Source: Thelocarpon superellum
Taxonomy: Eukaryota
Length of the DNA stretch: 64,000 bases
Direction of reading: 5' to 3'
Assembly (NCBI GenBank): GCA_026025795.1
Contig: JAPEUG010000026.1
Coordinates: forward strand, 1-64,000
Shown: in pieces, positions 1-11,580 of the stretch
How positions within the stretch are numbered: the first letter of the stretch is position 1
Layout of the letters: each line of letters begins with the position of its first letter
Notes under the pieces: generated by a model
What the model was told of the DNA's origin: nothing
What the model saw: the letters and a program-made list of their open reading frames with translations, nothing else
Databases searched by the model: none
Position numbers and translations under genes: made by a program

Positions 1-644
1 CCATCAGATTTGCTTGCATGAGCAGAAAGTGATTTACGGTCTGGATTAAAAATGATTGCTGGTTTCCGAGGAGCAATGACATCACCGCCTGACGCGAACC
101 GTGTTTACTCTTCGAGACCGACACGAGCTGCAGGCCCAGCTAATCGCACCCGGTCACAGCGACGGTCACGCAACACCACCAGACCAGATACTTACACGTG
201 ATTCTCCCTCCGAGCAGCGCGTCGCGTCGCGGACATGTAGGGAGCCCTCGACTGCACACGAGGGATGGTCGACTTGGCAAAGATCATATTGGCATTGAAC
301 TACAATACAAGGTCAGGCATGGACACGCGATGATACGGGCGCGTCGCATGGCAAGATTGGAGCCCCTTTCACCCGTCCGACGCGGAGAGAAGCCTCAAAG
401 CTTCCGAAGAAACGAGAACCACCCGCGGCCATCGTGGCACAGAGAGCAAGTCGACGATACAAAGCTAGACATCCGAGACCTGAGACCCACCCGACCGAAA
501 CGGACAAGAGCAGCGGCGAGCAGCGGCGAGCAGCAGTAGCACGTCCGACAAAGATCGCCCACGCTTCACACGCCTTGAATGACAGGACGTGCTCGGCTAC
601 GATGATTTGCACGCATCTCCCGCTCCACTCTCACCACCTCTCCC

Positions 645-1170
645 TTACCCAGACTCATCGTCGTCGTCGCCAGCCTGCGCGACGTTCAGTCAGTGAGCGT
701 CCGAGGCTGAACGTCCGCAGGCCCTAGTCGTCACTCACGTTGTAGTTGGCTTTCTCCGTTTCGTAGCGTTCCTTGTCGGCGGCAGCCTTGGCTTCGTACG
801 GCTGGCGTTGCTTCTCGTTGAGCGCCTTCCATCTCTCACCCAAGACCTTGCCGACTTGGCCTGTCGCTCGCCATGCACACATTAGTCGGCGCTCGACACG
901 ATCGCACAGGGCCGGGGCGCGGGTCGGGGCGCGCTTGGCGCGACATACCGAAGGAGATGCCTGGGTTCTCGTCGCGCACGTTCAGTCGCTGCTCGTTGGC
1001 AAAGAACATGTAGGCCGACAGGCCACGCTTGGGCGCATTGGGATCTGGAAGACACGCGTCAGCAAGCCCTCATGACCGACCGTGACTCCGGTGCGACAAT
1101 GGAAGCGCTTACCCTTCTTCTTCTTATCCGCGCCGCGCTTGGTCTTGCGGGTGGACTTTTCCTTAGGCAT
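645..1170 (-). CDS. NHP6: HMG-box non-histone chromatin protein Nhp6 (4 coding exons: 1170-1113, 1044-949, 860-739, 674-645)
   Basis: Spliced translation [39 protein letters not shown]...[41 protein letters not shown]...; canonical GT-AG introns; probable 5' UTR intron at 1435-1198. Confidence 0.96.
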
Positions 1171-3712
1171 CTTGAATGTGTGGTGGATGGATGGCGACTG
1201 AGCAACAGACGCGTCAGTAAGGATCAAATGGCAGAAGTGCGGCGATCAGGGGGGCGGCGACGACAGTGAGGTCGCCGAGCGAGAGATGGTAGTATTTGTT
1301 GTGGACGCGGGACTAGCTCGCGGTGGTGGTCGCGAGAAAGTGGTCGTTGCCATTGCGGTCGCAAACAAACGCGACCGACGACAACACCACAAAGAGGAAT
1401 TGAGACAAGCGGACAGAGGAAGAGCGCGTACTCACCTGAGAGATCAGGAAAGGGATGCAGGTGGTGGAGCGATGGAGCGGACTGTGAGGGGGGAGGAGAG
1501 CGTCAGTCCTTGCGCGACAACCAACAGCGAGCGCGATCCATGAGGATGCGTGAAGTCGACGAGACGTGGCATGGTGAGGATTCAATGGCAGGAGCCTCGA
1601 GCAGTGTTGATGCGAGCGACGCGTTGCAAGCGACCGGCTCTTGGGCGACGGTCGGAGATCGTGGTGAGCGCAAGCGACTGGACTTACTTGGATCGGAGCT
1701 CTCACTTTGGTGGAGAGAGGGTACAGTACTGTGCGCTGCGTTGGCAATGCGGTGCGGTGCCCACAGTGTTCGAAGGCGTCGTAGGCAGAGGTAGGCGTAG
1801 AGAGGAGGGCTGCCGCGAGGACAGAGGGGAGATGGGCAGACGGGGTATTTGGTGAGGGAGCCCGGCCAGCGCGCGGCCTCTACGGCGGGGAACAGCGCGC
1901 TGCTTGGTCAGAAGCGGTACGACTACCAGGTCCTGCCACTGGGCATGCGCCCTGCGGCCCGCTACTTGGTCATTGCGACTAACGGGCTAGCAGCAAGCAA
2001 TGGGGCGCCAGAGCCAATCACTGGCCGGCAACCCACCGACCAGCCTGTTCCTCCCCTTCCCACGCCGTACCGCGCAGGTACCTAGCCTGCCCCGTCGCCT
2101 ACCACGAGTTGCGGCGACTCCGGCTGCGGTGCCCCCTCTCGGCCAAGGGCCTGTGCCGACTGCCTGCTGCCTCCTCTGGCTTGCGTCGCTCCGCGCACTT
2201 GGACCGCGAACCGAGGAGGTGCGCGCGATGACTCGCCGTGGAGGCGAATTCCCGACCGGCGCTCAGTGCCACGACCACCCCATACGACGCACCCCTCTGG
2301 TCCCAGCCGTCGGATGCGCACGACTGCCTTGGTAGCATGGCAACTATGGTACTCCGTACATGTGGTTATAGAGAGGGCGCGCGTCGACTGCCCACAACAA
2401 GGCCCCTCCGTCGGCGCCGCAGCCCCCCCCCGTACCCGCAGCCGATGACGGTACTCGCGCATCAGCGCGAGTCGTGCTTGTCCTCATGCCCCCTGCCCGC
2501 ACCACTGCGTGACGTGCCTGCTTGGGACCGTTGGTATCACCGGTAACACTGCCGGAGCGGCATTGCTCGCGCGCGCTGAACAATTGTGCGATCCCGCCGG
2601 CAACTCCGCCCGTCACCAGAGCAGCATCTAGCCTCGGTCACTGCGTGCGCACCAACCGCTGCAAGTGCGAGCGCGAGCGTCCTCGGTGGGTGGGCGAGGA
2701 GCGTGGAGCGTGGAGCGTGGAGCGAGGCGCACGGAGTGGGGCGACGTGGTGTGGTGCCCAGCGCAAGGAAGCGTGCGATCCTCTTACCATATGTTACGAC
2801 TTAACTACTACTAGTAGTAGTTCTGCCACTGCGACGGAAGGCTATTCCTCTGGCGCAACGAGGCATGTAACGCTGGGTCGCCCAGAAACAGCGCAACCCA
2901 ACGCAGGCCACTCGGCCGGTACGAGGACTAGTTGGGGGAGATCGCTACCCTCCCCTAGTCCGCGTACTGGGGGAGGAAAGCCGTCCCCCTTCTCTTTCGC
3001 ACGGTCGTTGCCTGCTCGCTCGCTCCCACCCACCCCAGCCGCCTCTGCGCCGACTCCACCGGGGCGGCACACCCGCGTTGGGCTAGGAGGCTGGCCCCGC
3101 AGCATCTGCGCTGCATTGCGCGTGCAAGCCCGACCCTCCCACGGCGGGGCGCAGAAAGAATAATTGCGCATGGGGCCGACAGCTGAGGAGGCGGGCCTGC
3201 AACGCACTACTGTCTCAGGATCTGTGATCGACCTTGCTCACTCCGACCATCCGGCTAGTATTCGCACTGCTAGTCGCAGTACGAGTAGTCCACCAGGCCG
3301 CTCTGCAAGCACGACGACTCATGCCTTCTCCAACTTAGGTAATCTGCATCGCTTCCGCGGTTGGAGGCCCACCCGGGTTTGTTGATCGATTTCTGTTCGG
3401 CCTGGGTAAACGAACGTGAGCCTTGGAAGCTTTTAGCGCAGGCACGGAGGGGCACCGGCAAGCACTCCACCAAGCTGTATCGTCCGATACGCCCAGCTAC
3501 TCCCGCAGAGTCTGGTACGGAGCACCGTACCAATGATCACAACCTTGGCTAGGATGTCTCGACCGCCTTTGGCTCCGTTTGTACCAGTAGGATGATCTTT
3601 GTCTACCAGATCTCTTCTCCGACGAAAACGACTTCGGCTACAAGTCAGTGTGGTCTGCGGGACGGGGATGCAATCGCTGCAGGGTGAGATCGTAGTGATT
3701 CTCGCGTCAGAT

Positions 3713-4522
3713 CTACCGTGTTGGATTTGCTGAAAGCTCTTCTTCGTCATCGACCACCAGCGCCCGTAAATGCTCATCACGAGCCCAGTCAAGACCGCTC
3801 TCCACCACCACGGCACTGACAATGGACTTCATCGTTCTCCGCCTCGCCAGCTGTATCTTCGTTGTTCGCTCAAGCTCGTGAAGGTGAGTCCGCAGGTCGT
3901 CATCCTCGACCTCGTCCACCTTCGTCCGGGCCTGGGCAGCCAGCTCCAAGAGCGTCCGCGTCAACTCCGCGTTACGGCGCGAATGCTGTTCATGCGCCGT
4001 CGCAGCCTCAGACATGGCGGACATGGTGGATGTCAGCCCGGACGACAGGTTCGTGTGGGCGATGGAGAGTTCATCGCGCTGTTGGATCAAGGGGAGCAGC
4101 GCGCTGTCAATCTGGTCAGCGGCGGGGTCGACCTGCGAGCTGAGGGAGTGGCGGCACGCACCGCTCCGCCGGATTCGCATTGCTCCCTCCGTGCACCGCC
4201 TTGAGGATTGGATCCACTATGAGGATCGTCTCCGTGACCTTGTTGCGCAGGGAAGATGCGGCCTTTGCATGCAGCAATTGCTCTTCGGCCTCCTGGAGCG
4301 CTCTCTTGAGGGTCTCTGGAGAACCCTCTCCCTCACCTATGCCAATCAGCGTTACCTCCAGCGTCACCAGGCGCGGCACATCGTACCAAGGGAACTTTCT
4401 CCATGCGCACGCAGTAACTTGGACTCGAGTTCCAGCTCTTGAAGCCGATCATAAAGTGTGAGGATGTGTTGCTCTTGAGCGGAAAAGCTCACAGGACTGA
4501 TCCGAGTCTCGTGGTCCATCAT
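3713..4522 (-). CDS. Centromere protein H (CENP-H/Fta3/Mcm16-like) kinetochore subunit (exons 4522-4387, 4336-4162, 4103-3713)
   Basis: Coiled-coil protein with ...DPILKAVHGG...AERALLPLIQQRDEL... and C-terminal RRTMKSIVSAVVVESGLDWARDEHLRALVVD, typical of the fungal CENP-H family. Confidence 0.8.
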
Positions 4523-5047
4523 CGATGAGGAGACCCCGCCAACAACGTGATCGTGAGAGTGACGTGAAGTACACTTGCTAGCTATGGCGCTGCATCGTAA
4601 CGGAAGCTATCTGCAGTCTGGGACCAAATTCCTTGACATTTTCCTTTGATCCTGTTCAGTGTACCTGGAGGCAAAAGCTCCGATCACGTCGCGTGCTTGA
4701 AGCGCCACAGGGCCCGGTCCGGAGCACGAAGGTTCGTACAGGTAACATAGTGGCGGAAGTGGGAGGAGAGAGACAGGCGTGACGCGCCTGTGGCGGTGCA
4801 GGGTCACGTTGGCGCCGCTGGCTGCCTTCGCTTCTCTCACGAGGCCTCGGTCGTAAAAAGGGTCACCCATCCCTCCACCGAGATTGGACGGCACCGTTCA
4901 ATACATCGCTGCGAGGCATCGTGGTGGACGATGTCTTCCTCAACATCTCTAGGCCCGCCTTGCCCGTCCGTTGAGAAAAGGTGAAGGAGCAACGCTGGGC
5001 GAAGTGAAGGGGCTTACCGTCGAGGGGTGCCGCATGAAGCTCTAGAG

Positions 5048-8000
5048 ATGTCGCTGCACATCTATCTTGCACATACCGGCGAGCATCTGCGCGCGGATCC
5101 GGTCACGTTTGCATCGTGCGTGCTCACTGCCTCTCTCACGGCATCCACGGCTTCTGGTGGTTCACGGCTCGTGGCACACGCTTACGTCTCTGTGCTCATA
5201 GTCTCGATGCCTTGCGATCATGGATCGCCCAGCGGGTACCCGTTGCCGCCTCCCAACAGATCTTGATGACGGCCAAGGGCCGGCAGGTCAAGCTCCAGAC
5301 GCTCTTAGCCGAGACGGAGCTCTTCATCTTCGATCGCCGGCTTATCGCCCCACCATCGTCCGGAGCCAAACCGCCGGCGCCCCAGGTGGCGTCGCCCGCA
5401 ACATTCGCTCCCCGCGACCCGCCAGACACTCTCTCGTCGCAGACGGATCTTCAGGCATGGCAAAGCTTGTTCAAATCGCGCCGAGCGTGGGCGATGGAAC
5501 TGTCAGAAACATGCTCGTCGATGGAGCGTGAGATTCGCATGCAGGCGGCCGAAACGAGCATCGTCGAACGGGCCGTTGGCGTCGCCATGGCCAATCTGGA
5601 CACCCATGTGCGGAGTCTACAGCAGAAGCATGCCGACGCCAAGTCCTGGGCCAGTGGTCTTCTTGGTGAACAATCCACGACCATCAGTCGGTGGGATAAA
5701 ATCTCCCGCAGCCTCTCGCGGGTGCCAATCAAAGGGGACTTCTTGAACGTGGCATCGCTGCGGAGCGAAAAGGAGGACCGGACGACGGCCCTGCGCGATG
5801 TGACCTTTGATAATGAGAATGCGACGCTGCACGACTTTATTGACTTTGAGGAGGTCGAGCGAGCGGCGAGCATCAGTCGCGGCGTATCACAGCACTTTGA
5901 AGGTCGCGTCACCGAGCTGGGACGTGTGGTTGATCGCATCGTCACGGATGGTCACGGTCTGATCGAGACGGTGCATAACGAGCCTGCCGCGTCTGGGGCG
6001 GACACGTCCGAGGAGTCGGCGCAGCTCTTAGAGGACCTCGAGGTTGTGGCGAAGAAGGTCAGCTCGGACTACGACCACGTCATGCGTCTACCAACCACGC
6101 CCAAATCCGTCTCCCAGGCTTCGAAAATGGCGCTGCTGCATACGCGAAATTACCTCCCCTCTTTGAGCCGCTCCAGCACCGAGATGGGGGCGCTCTGGCG
6201 TCGAGCCGTGGAGCGAAGGAATGCGGCGAGCAGCAATGCGGTGCAGCGGCTTCAGAAGGTATCATCGATCGAGTCGATGCTGGCCAGCGTCAATCCTCAG
6301 CTGTCGGCCCTGGACATCGGGCAGGATGGTATCGTGGCCTTTGACCTGCTCGGCATGGTGTCTCGTCTACCCGTCATGTACGGATCGCTCCTCGTGGAAT
6401 CAATTCGACGACGGGAGTGGACGGAGAAGATCAAAGCCGACTCATCCAATGTGGCGGAAGAGTTGGCCGTCTACAAGGAGGAGGAAGACGCCCGGCGCAA
6501 GAAGTGGCAGCGCAACATTGGCCGGTTCATCAATCCCGAGCTTCCGGATGTCAAGGCTATCGGCGTCGAGATTAGCCTGCAAGGCTACGACCAGCCGCTG
6601 CCAGTGGTGCAGCGAGCTGAAGTCAGCGAATATCTCCAGGTACTCGGCAATATCGACGGCATGGATGGCGCCATTCAGGAGGTCTCCCAGATCGCGAGGC
6701 AGCTCGACTGGCCGACGCGTCAACAATCAAAAAGGGCGCGAGCATTCAAACAAGGGAGCCTGCAGGACGCCGTGTTGGGACGCAGCTCCCTCTTGATCCG
6801 AGGGAACGAGGAATCCGTGGTGAGCCTCCGCGATGCGAAGGTCAAGCTCGAGGACCGCTTGAAGGGATCGGAAAGTCGGGTGCGCAAGCTGGAGGACTTG
6901 CTTCATCGACAGACGCACATGTCCCGGACGGTCAGCAACCACCCCTTCCAAGGTGCCATCAGCCACGGGCCGGAGGCGTCGGGCACCTCGCCGACGCAGC
7001 CGGCTCATCCTCCTTCTCCCCGCCCGCAGGAGCTTCTCTCCCGCCGCTCGTCGGTCTCCTCGCGAAGATTCTCGTCGAATCAGAGTGCGGAGGAGAAGAA
7101 CCTCGTGCAACGAATCGTGTCCTTGGAGGCCGACTTAATCGCCGAGCGAGAGCACTCGGCGGGACTCCAAAAGGAGGTCTTGGCCAGGAAAGAAGCCGCC
7201 AAGGACATCGAGGACCGGAAGGACGAAGCCGTCTCGATGAAGCGAGATCTCATGGACAACTTGGAAGCTCAACAGCGCGACTTCGTGGACGAGCGGAAGC
7301 ACCTGGAGGGCGAGATTGCGCGGGTCAACGTGCGACTGGAAGAGGTCGAAGATGAGCTTGATCGAGTGCTCGGCAGTCGTGATCATGAGAAGATGGAGAC
7401 CGACCAACAGGTGAAGGATCTCGAGGGACAGCTTGCCCGGGCGCATACCGACTTGGACGATGTTCGCCGGGACTTGGCCGAGCATCGGGAGCGGGCAACG
7501 CAGAGGGACAGCCATCATCAAGAAGTCGCCGCGGAGAAGAAGACTTTGGAACTCAAGATCAACAGCCTCGAGACGCAGGTAGAGGAGACCGAGGAAGCCC
7601 TGTCGTCTCATCGGAAGCACCTCGCGGCCGCGCATCTCCGGCTGGCGCCCGAGGAAGGAGTCCCGACCGAACTTTCGAGCCTCGTTCCGGCCATCGCGGC
7701 CATGGCCGAGCGCAGCGCTGATACGTACCACGAGCAAGCCCGGGCGTTTAATGCCGCGCGCGCCGACATGGCAACGCTGCAGACCCGGTCGAACGAAATG
7801 CAGTCAGAGCTCTCCGCTGCCAAGCGTGATCTGAGCTTGGCAGGGGCCGTCTCGGACGGTCTTCGGGAGACGCTGGCAGCAGCGCGGTCCGACCTCGCTG
7901 CACGCGAGGCTGACGTTAAGGCTGAACGGCGCCGACTCGAAACCCTGCGAGAGCAATATGCAGACGCTGGGACGGGATCGGAATCCATGGCGGCTCAGAT

Positions 8001-9294
8001 CGGCGCGGATGAGGCGGCATCACGCGCATCGTCGGGCGAGCTAGTGGAGGCCTCCCGGCGCATCCAGGCCCTGGAGGAGGAGCTACAACAGACGACCTCC
8101 CGCTTGGCGCAACGCACTCAGCGAAGCGACGAGCTGTCGCAACGACTCTACGCCGCCACGTCACGCTTGATGCGCCTCCTAGAGTCTCTGGGGTTCCAGA
8201 TCGCTCGACAAGACGGCGTGGTCACGATCCAGCGCGTTTCTAAAGGCGGCAGTTCGGGCGCGGTGGACGTGGAGGGTAGCACGTCCCTGAGCCGTCGTGA
8301 GTCGGGCTCATTACTTTCAGACCCCACGCTCGACGACGCCGAAATGGCGGATCTCCTCCGCTGGACTCAAGTCGACGACCCGGAGACCGAGACGCAAAAG
8401 TACACGACGTTGCTCGAGGTGCTCGGCCGGCTCGATCTCGATGCGTTCGGGGAAGCCATGGCCAAACGAGTCAAGGACACGGAACATCTGGCGCGAAAGT
8501 GGCAGAAGGAAGCGCGCGCCTATCGCGACAAGACACATCGTTTCCAACAGGAGGCACACGAAAAGATCGCCTTTCGATCCTTTGCCGAGGGCGACCTGGC
8601 CTTATTCCTGCCAACGCGCAACCAGGCCACGCGACCGTGGGCGGCGTTCAACGTGGGCGCTCCTCATTACTTCCTGCGCGAACAGGACTCGCATAAGCTC
8701 CGCACGCGAGACTGGCTCCTGGCTCGGATCTCCAAGGTGGAAGAGCGGGTAGTGGACCTGTCCAAGTCGATGAATGGCCTTCGTCCTCTGGGCAGCGATC
8801 GACGCTCGCTCGGCGAGTTCAGCGACGGAGGCGCCTCGGTGGATGACGAGAATCCGTTTGAGCTCTCGGACGGACTCCGATGGTATCTCCTGGACGCGGC
8901 GGAAGAGAAGCCCGGCGCCCCGTCGACGCCTGGGCTGGGCAAGAGCACGGTGGCGAGCGCGCACGTGGACGTGAAAGGCAGCATCCGCATGAAGAAGACC
9001 CGCGACGGGAACGCAGTGAGCAAGACGTTGAGCAAGAGCCTGGACAGTCGTCGCAACAGCTCGAATTCAAAGAAGGGCGTGGCGGCGACGTTACTGGGCC
9101 CGGCCTCGAACACGGCCTCCCCTGACGGATCACGGGCCACGACCTCGGCCGGGGTCCCATCCGAACCGTCGCTAGCAGCCGCCGTCGCGCCGGCGGAGAG
9201 CAACAGCTCCGCAGCGGATGGGGGCCTAGGCATCAGCTCGCCGAAGGGCACGAGCGTGCAAGAGGTTCGACACGATCTCCTGTGGGGTCCGTAG
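5048..9294 (+). CDS. ATG11: Autophagy-related protein 11 (selective autophagy scaffold); intron 5116-5201
   Basis: Starts MSLHIYLAHTGE; about 1390 aa coiled-coil protein ending in the ATG11 claw region KIAFRSFAEGDLALFLPTRNQATRPWAAFNVGAPHYFL...ENPFELSDGLRWYLLDA. Confidence 0.95.
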
Positions 9295-9697
9295 GCGCAG
9301 GACGCAGGCTGACGCGGCAAACAGCGCGGCGCGAGTGCCACCGCAATATCACGGAGCCTCCCGTCGGCGGCCACGACGGCCGGGCGGACAGAAAAGACGA
9401 GCAGCGGCATCTGGGACTCGCTATGGTCCATCGATTTGAGTCTGGAGAGCGGCAAGCGTAAGCGATGATGGGGGTGAAATCCTGATGCGGCGCTTGACTC
9501 AAGCACTCGTGCGGCCTGTGCCGCTCCATCATGGCGGGGCTCTACGAACAGCATGGCGAGGGCGCGGTTGGTGTATCGTACTGCGATGTGTACAGTACTT
9601 CCTCGCTTTATGTACTGTGGTCATCCGTTGTGCGTACTGACAACATGGTTCGGGTCTGCTTTGGATACCCTTTCGTTCGTCGACTCTAGTCTATAAT

Positions 9698-10637
9698 TTA
9701 CTGCGACGCAAGCACTGCGATGGTTCTCCGCAATGGCTCCGTCGCCCCTTTGACGCGGATGTCGACCTCGAACTCGCCCAGCGTCTTCACGCGGTCCACC
9801 TCTTCCCCTGCTGGGTTCCGGAAGGAGATGTCCTCCGGTGATAAGACGACGCGTGATCCGTCCCGGTCTGCTGCCAGGATGGCTCGGAGCGTGGTGGCGA
9901 TGTCGCTCGTTGACACGGAGCCGTAGATGGAAGTGGGTGCCGTCGATGCAGGTTCGGGCGTAGTTTCGGCAGTTGCGGATGGATCGGCTGGGGTTGGACC
10001 GGCGCTTTCCGGATGTGAAGAAGATGCGTCTTGAGGACTGGCCGTGGTGGGCGTCGACGCGATGGGTGATCGATGGAAGTCTAACTGGGAGGGTACCAGC
10101 TCTGTGAGGATGAGCATCGCGCGATGGGGCTGGTCGAAGGGTCAGCACGATCCTGACGCCTGGTGGAGGAAGTGGCTTACGCTCAGCAGAGCCGTCTCTA
10201 GATTGACAACCTTCTGCTGCTCGACCATCACTTCCACTGGGAAGGTGGGGTTCTGAAAAGTCACATCTCGTGCCACGGCGACGTGCTGCTTCCTGAGGTC
10301 TCGCCGCTCTACCGGGGTCAGGTACTCCGCCAGACCCTTGGGATACCAGTCATTGCGCATTCGACCCGGAGGAACGGGGATGAGGGAACCTGCGTCCACT
10401 CTCGTGAGCGGGAGCCGGACGTTGGAGGCGTGATCTCCTACCGCGGCGACCATATCGGGGCACATTCTGTACTAGCTTCACGGTAATGGTGGATGATATC
10501 TTGACCGTCTTCTTACCCCGACGCGGCTGGAGCGCGGTGAAAGACATCCGAGGGGTGTCCAGGGCACGGCGAAGGCAGTTGGCGCAGAGGGGGAACAAAG
10601 CGGAAGAAATTAGGGTCGAGTTCATTCTCATTGTCAT
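9698..10637 (-). CDS. MRPL50: Mitochondrial ribosomal protein bL9m (Mrpl50-like) (exons 10637-10442, 10389-10181, 10129-9698; exact start Met uncertain)
   Basis: Presequence-like N-terminus, then the L9 N-domain VKLVQNVPRYGRRGSLIPVPPGRMRNDWYPKGLAEY and C-domain IYGSVSTSDIA...DRVKTLGEFEVDI. Confidence 0.85.
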
Positions 10638-11580
10638 TCACCGGGCCCGGTGCGGATTGGGTCGATCACGGGTGCACGGCTCATGTGAGGGCGCTCAAGT
10701 GGTCAACGCTACAAAAGCTGCTCATGCGTGAATGATCTGGCAGCGATGTACGAGGTACTTCGTGCTAAGTCAAGCGCAGATAGTGCTAGGGTGAGCTGGG
10801 CATGGGTCGTGGACTGAATGAAGGTGGCCTAAGGTAGCGCGCTCGACCGGAGCTTGAGTAGTCACTTCGTACAAGTACGCGTGCAATGGTTTTAACCGTG
10901 GAACAATCGAGCTCTCAACGGGAAAAGACGAGCCCACGGGAGGATCCCTGCAGGTGCGACACGTGACCTCAAGGACGCAAACGACCAGACGCGTGGAAAT
11001 TGCCAAAGCGAGTGCTGGCACGAGATCTCCCGCGACTACGCCGTACCGCCCGGCTAGGCAAGGACTCGCTAGGCGACACTTGCAGGAGTGGACGACGGTC
11101 CGCTGGCTGCGGCTGCTCGACGCGAAGTACCTCTGTATATTCCGTCGGGCGGCGAGTGACAACTCGACCGTGGTAGCGTGGTTGGCCGGTCCTGTCAAGA
11201 ATCTCTCCAGTAGATTCACACGACCCTTTCTTCCTGCAACAGCAAACACTCCCTCTCACACCCACATCCACATCCACATCCACCCCGGATTGCAGGCCAC
11301 CTTTCTTGCCGCCCCCGCGAATGCACCACGGCCATCCACCGCTGAAGTCTTGTCTCCCGTCCGTCGTCGCCCACCCGCTGCGTGGTCGCTCGTCGTGCTG
11401 TCACGCAGGGCGATCCGTGCCCGTTGCGTCGTTGCTGCTCGAGCACGCTGCTCTCCTCCCAAGACCGCCCTCCCCCGACTCCTCACCCGTCCCCCACCCA
11501 TTGACGCGCCCACCCTTTCCATCATCCGTCCGACACGCTCTCCGTGATCGTTGCGCATCCCATCACACAAAAGCTGCATC

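Noticed and set aside
2522..3163. 213-aa ORF in the NHP6-CENP-H gap
   Set aside because: Non-ATG start, Arg/Pro/Ala-rich GC-driven composition, no motifs
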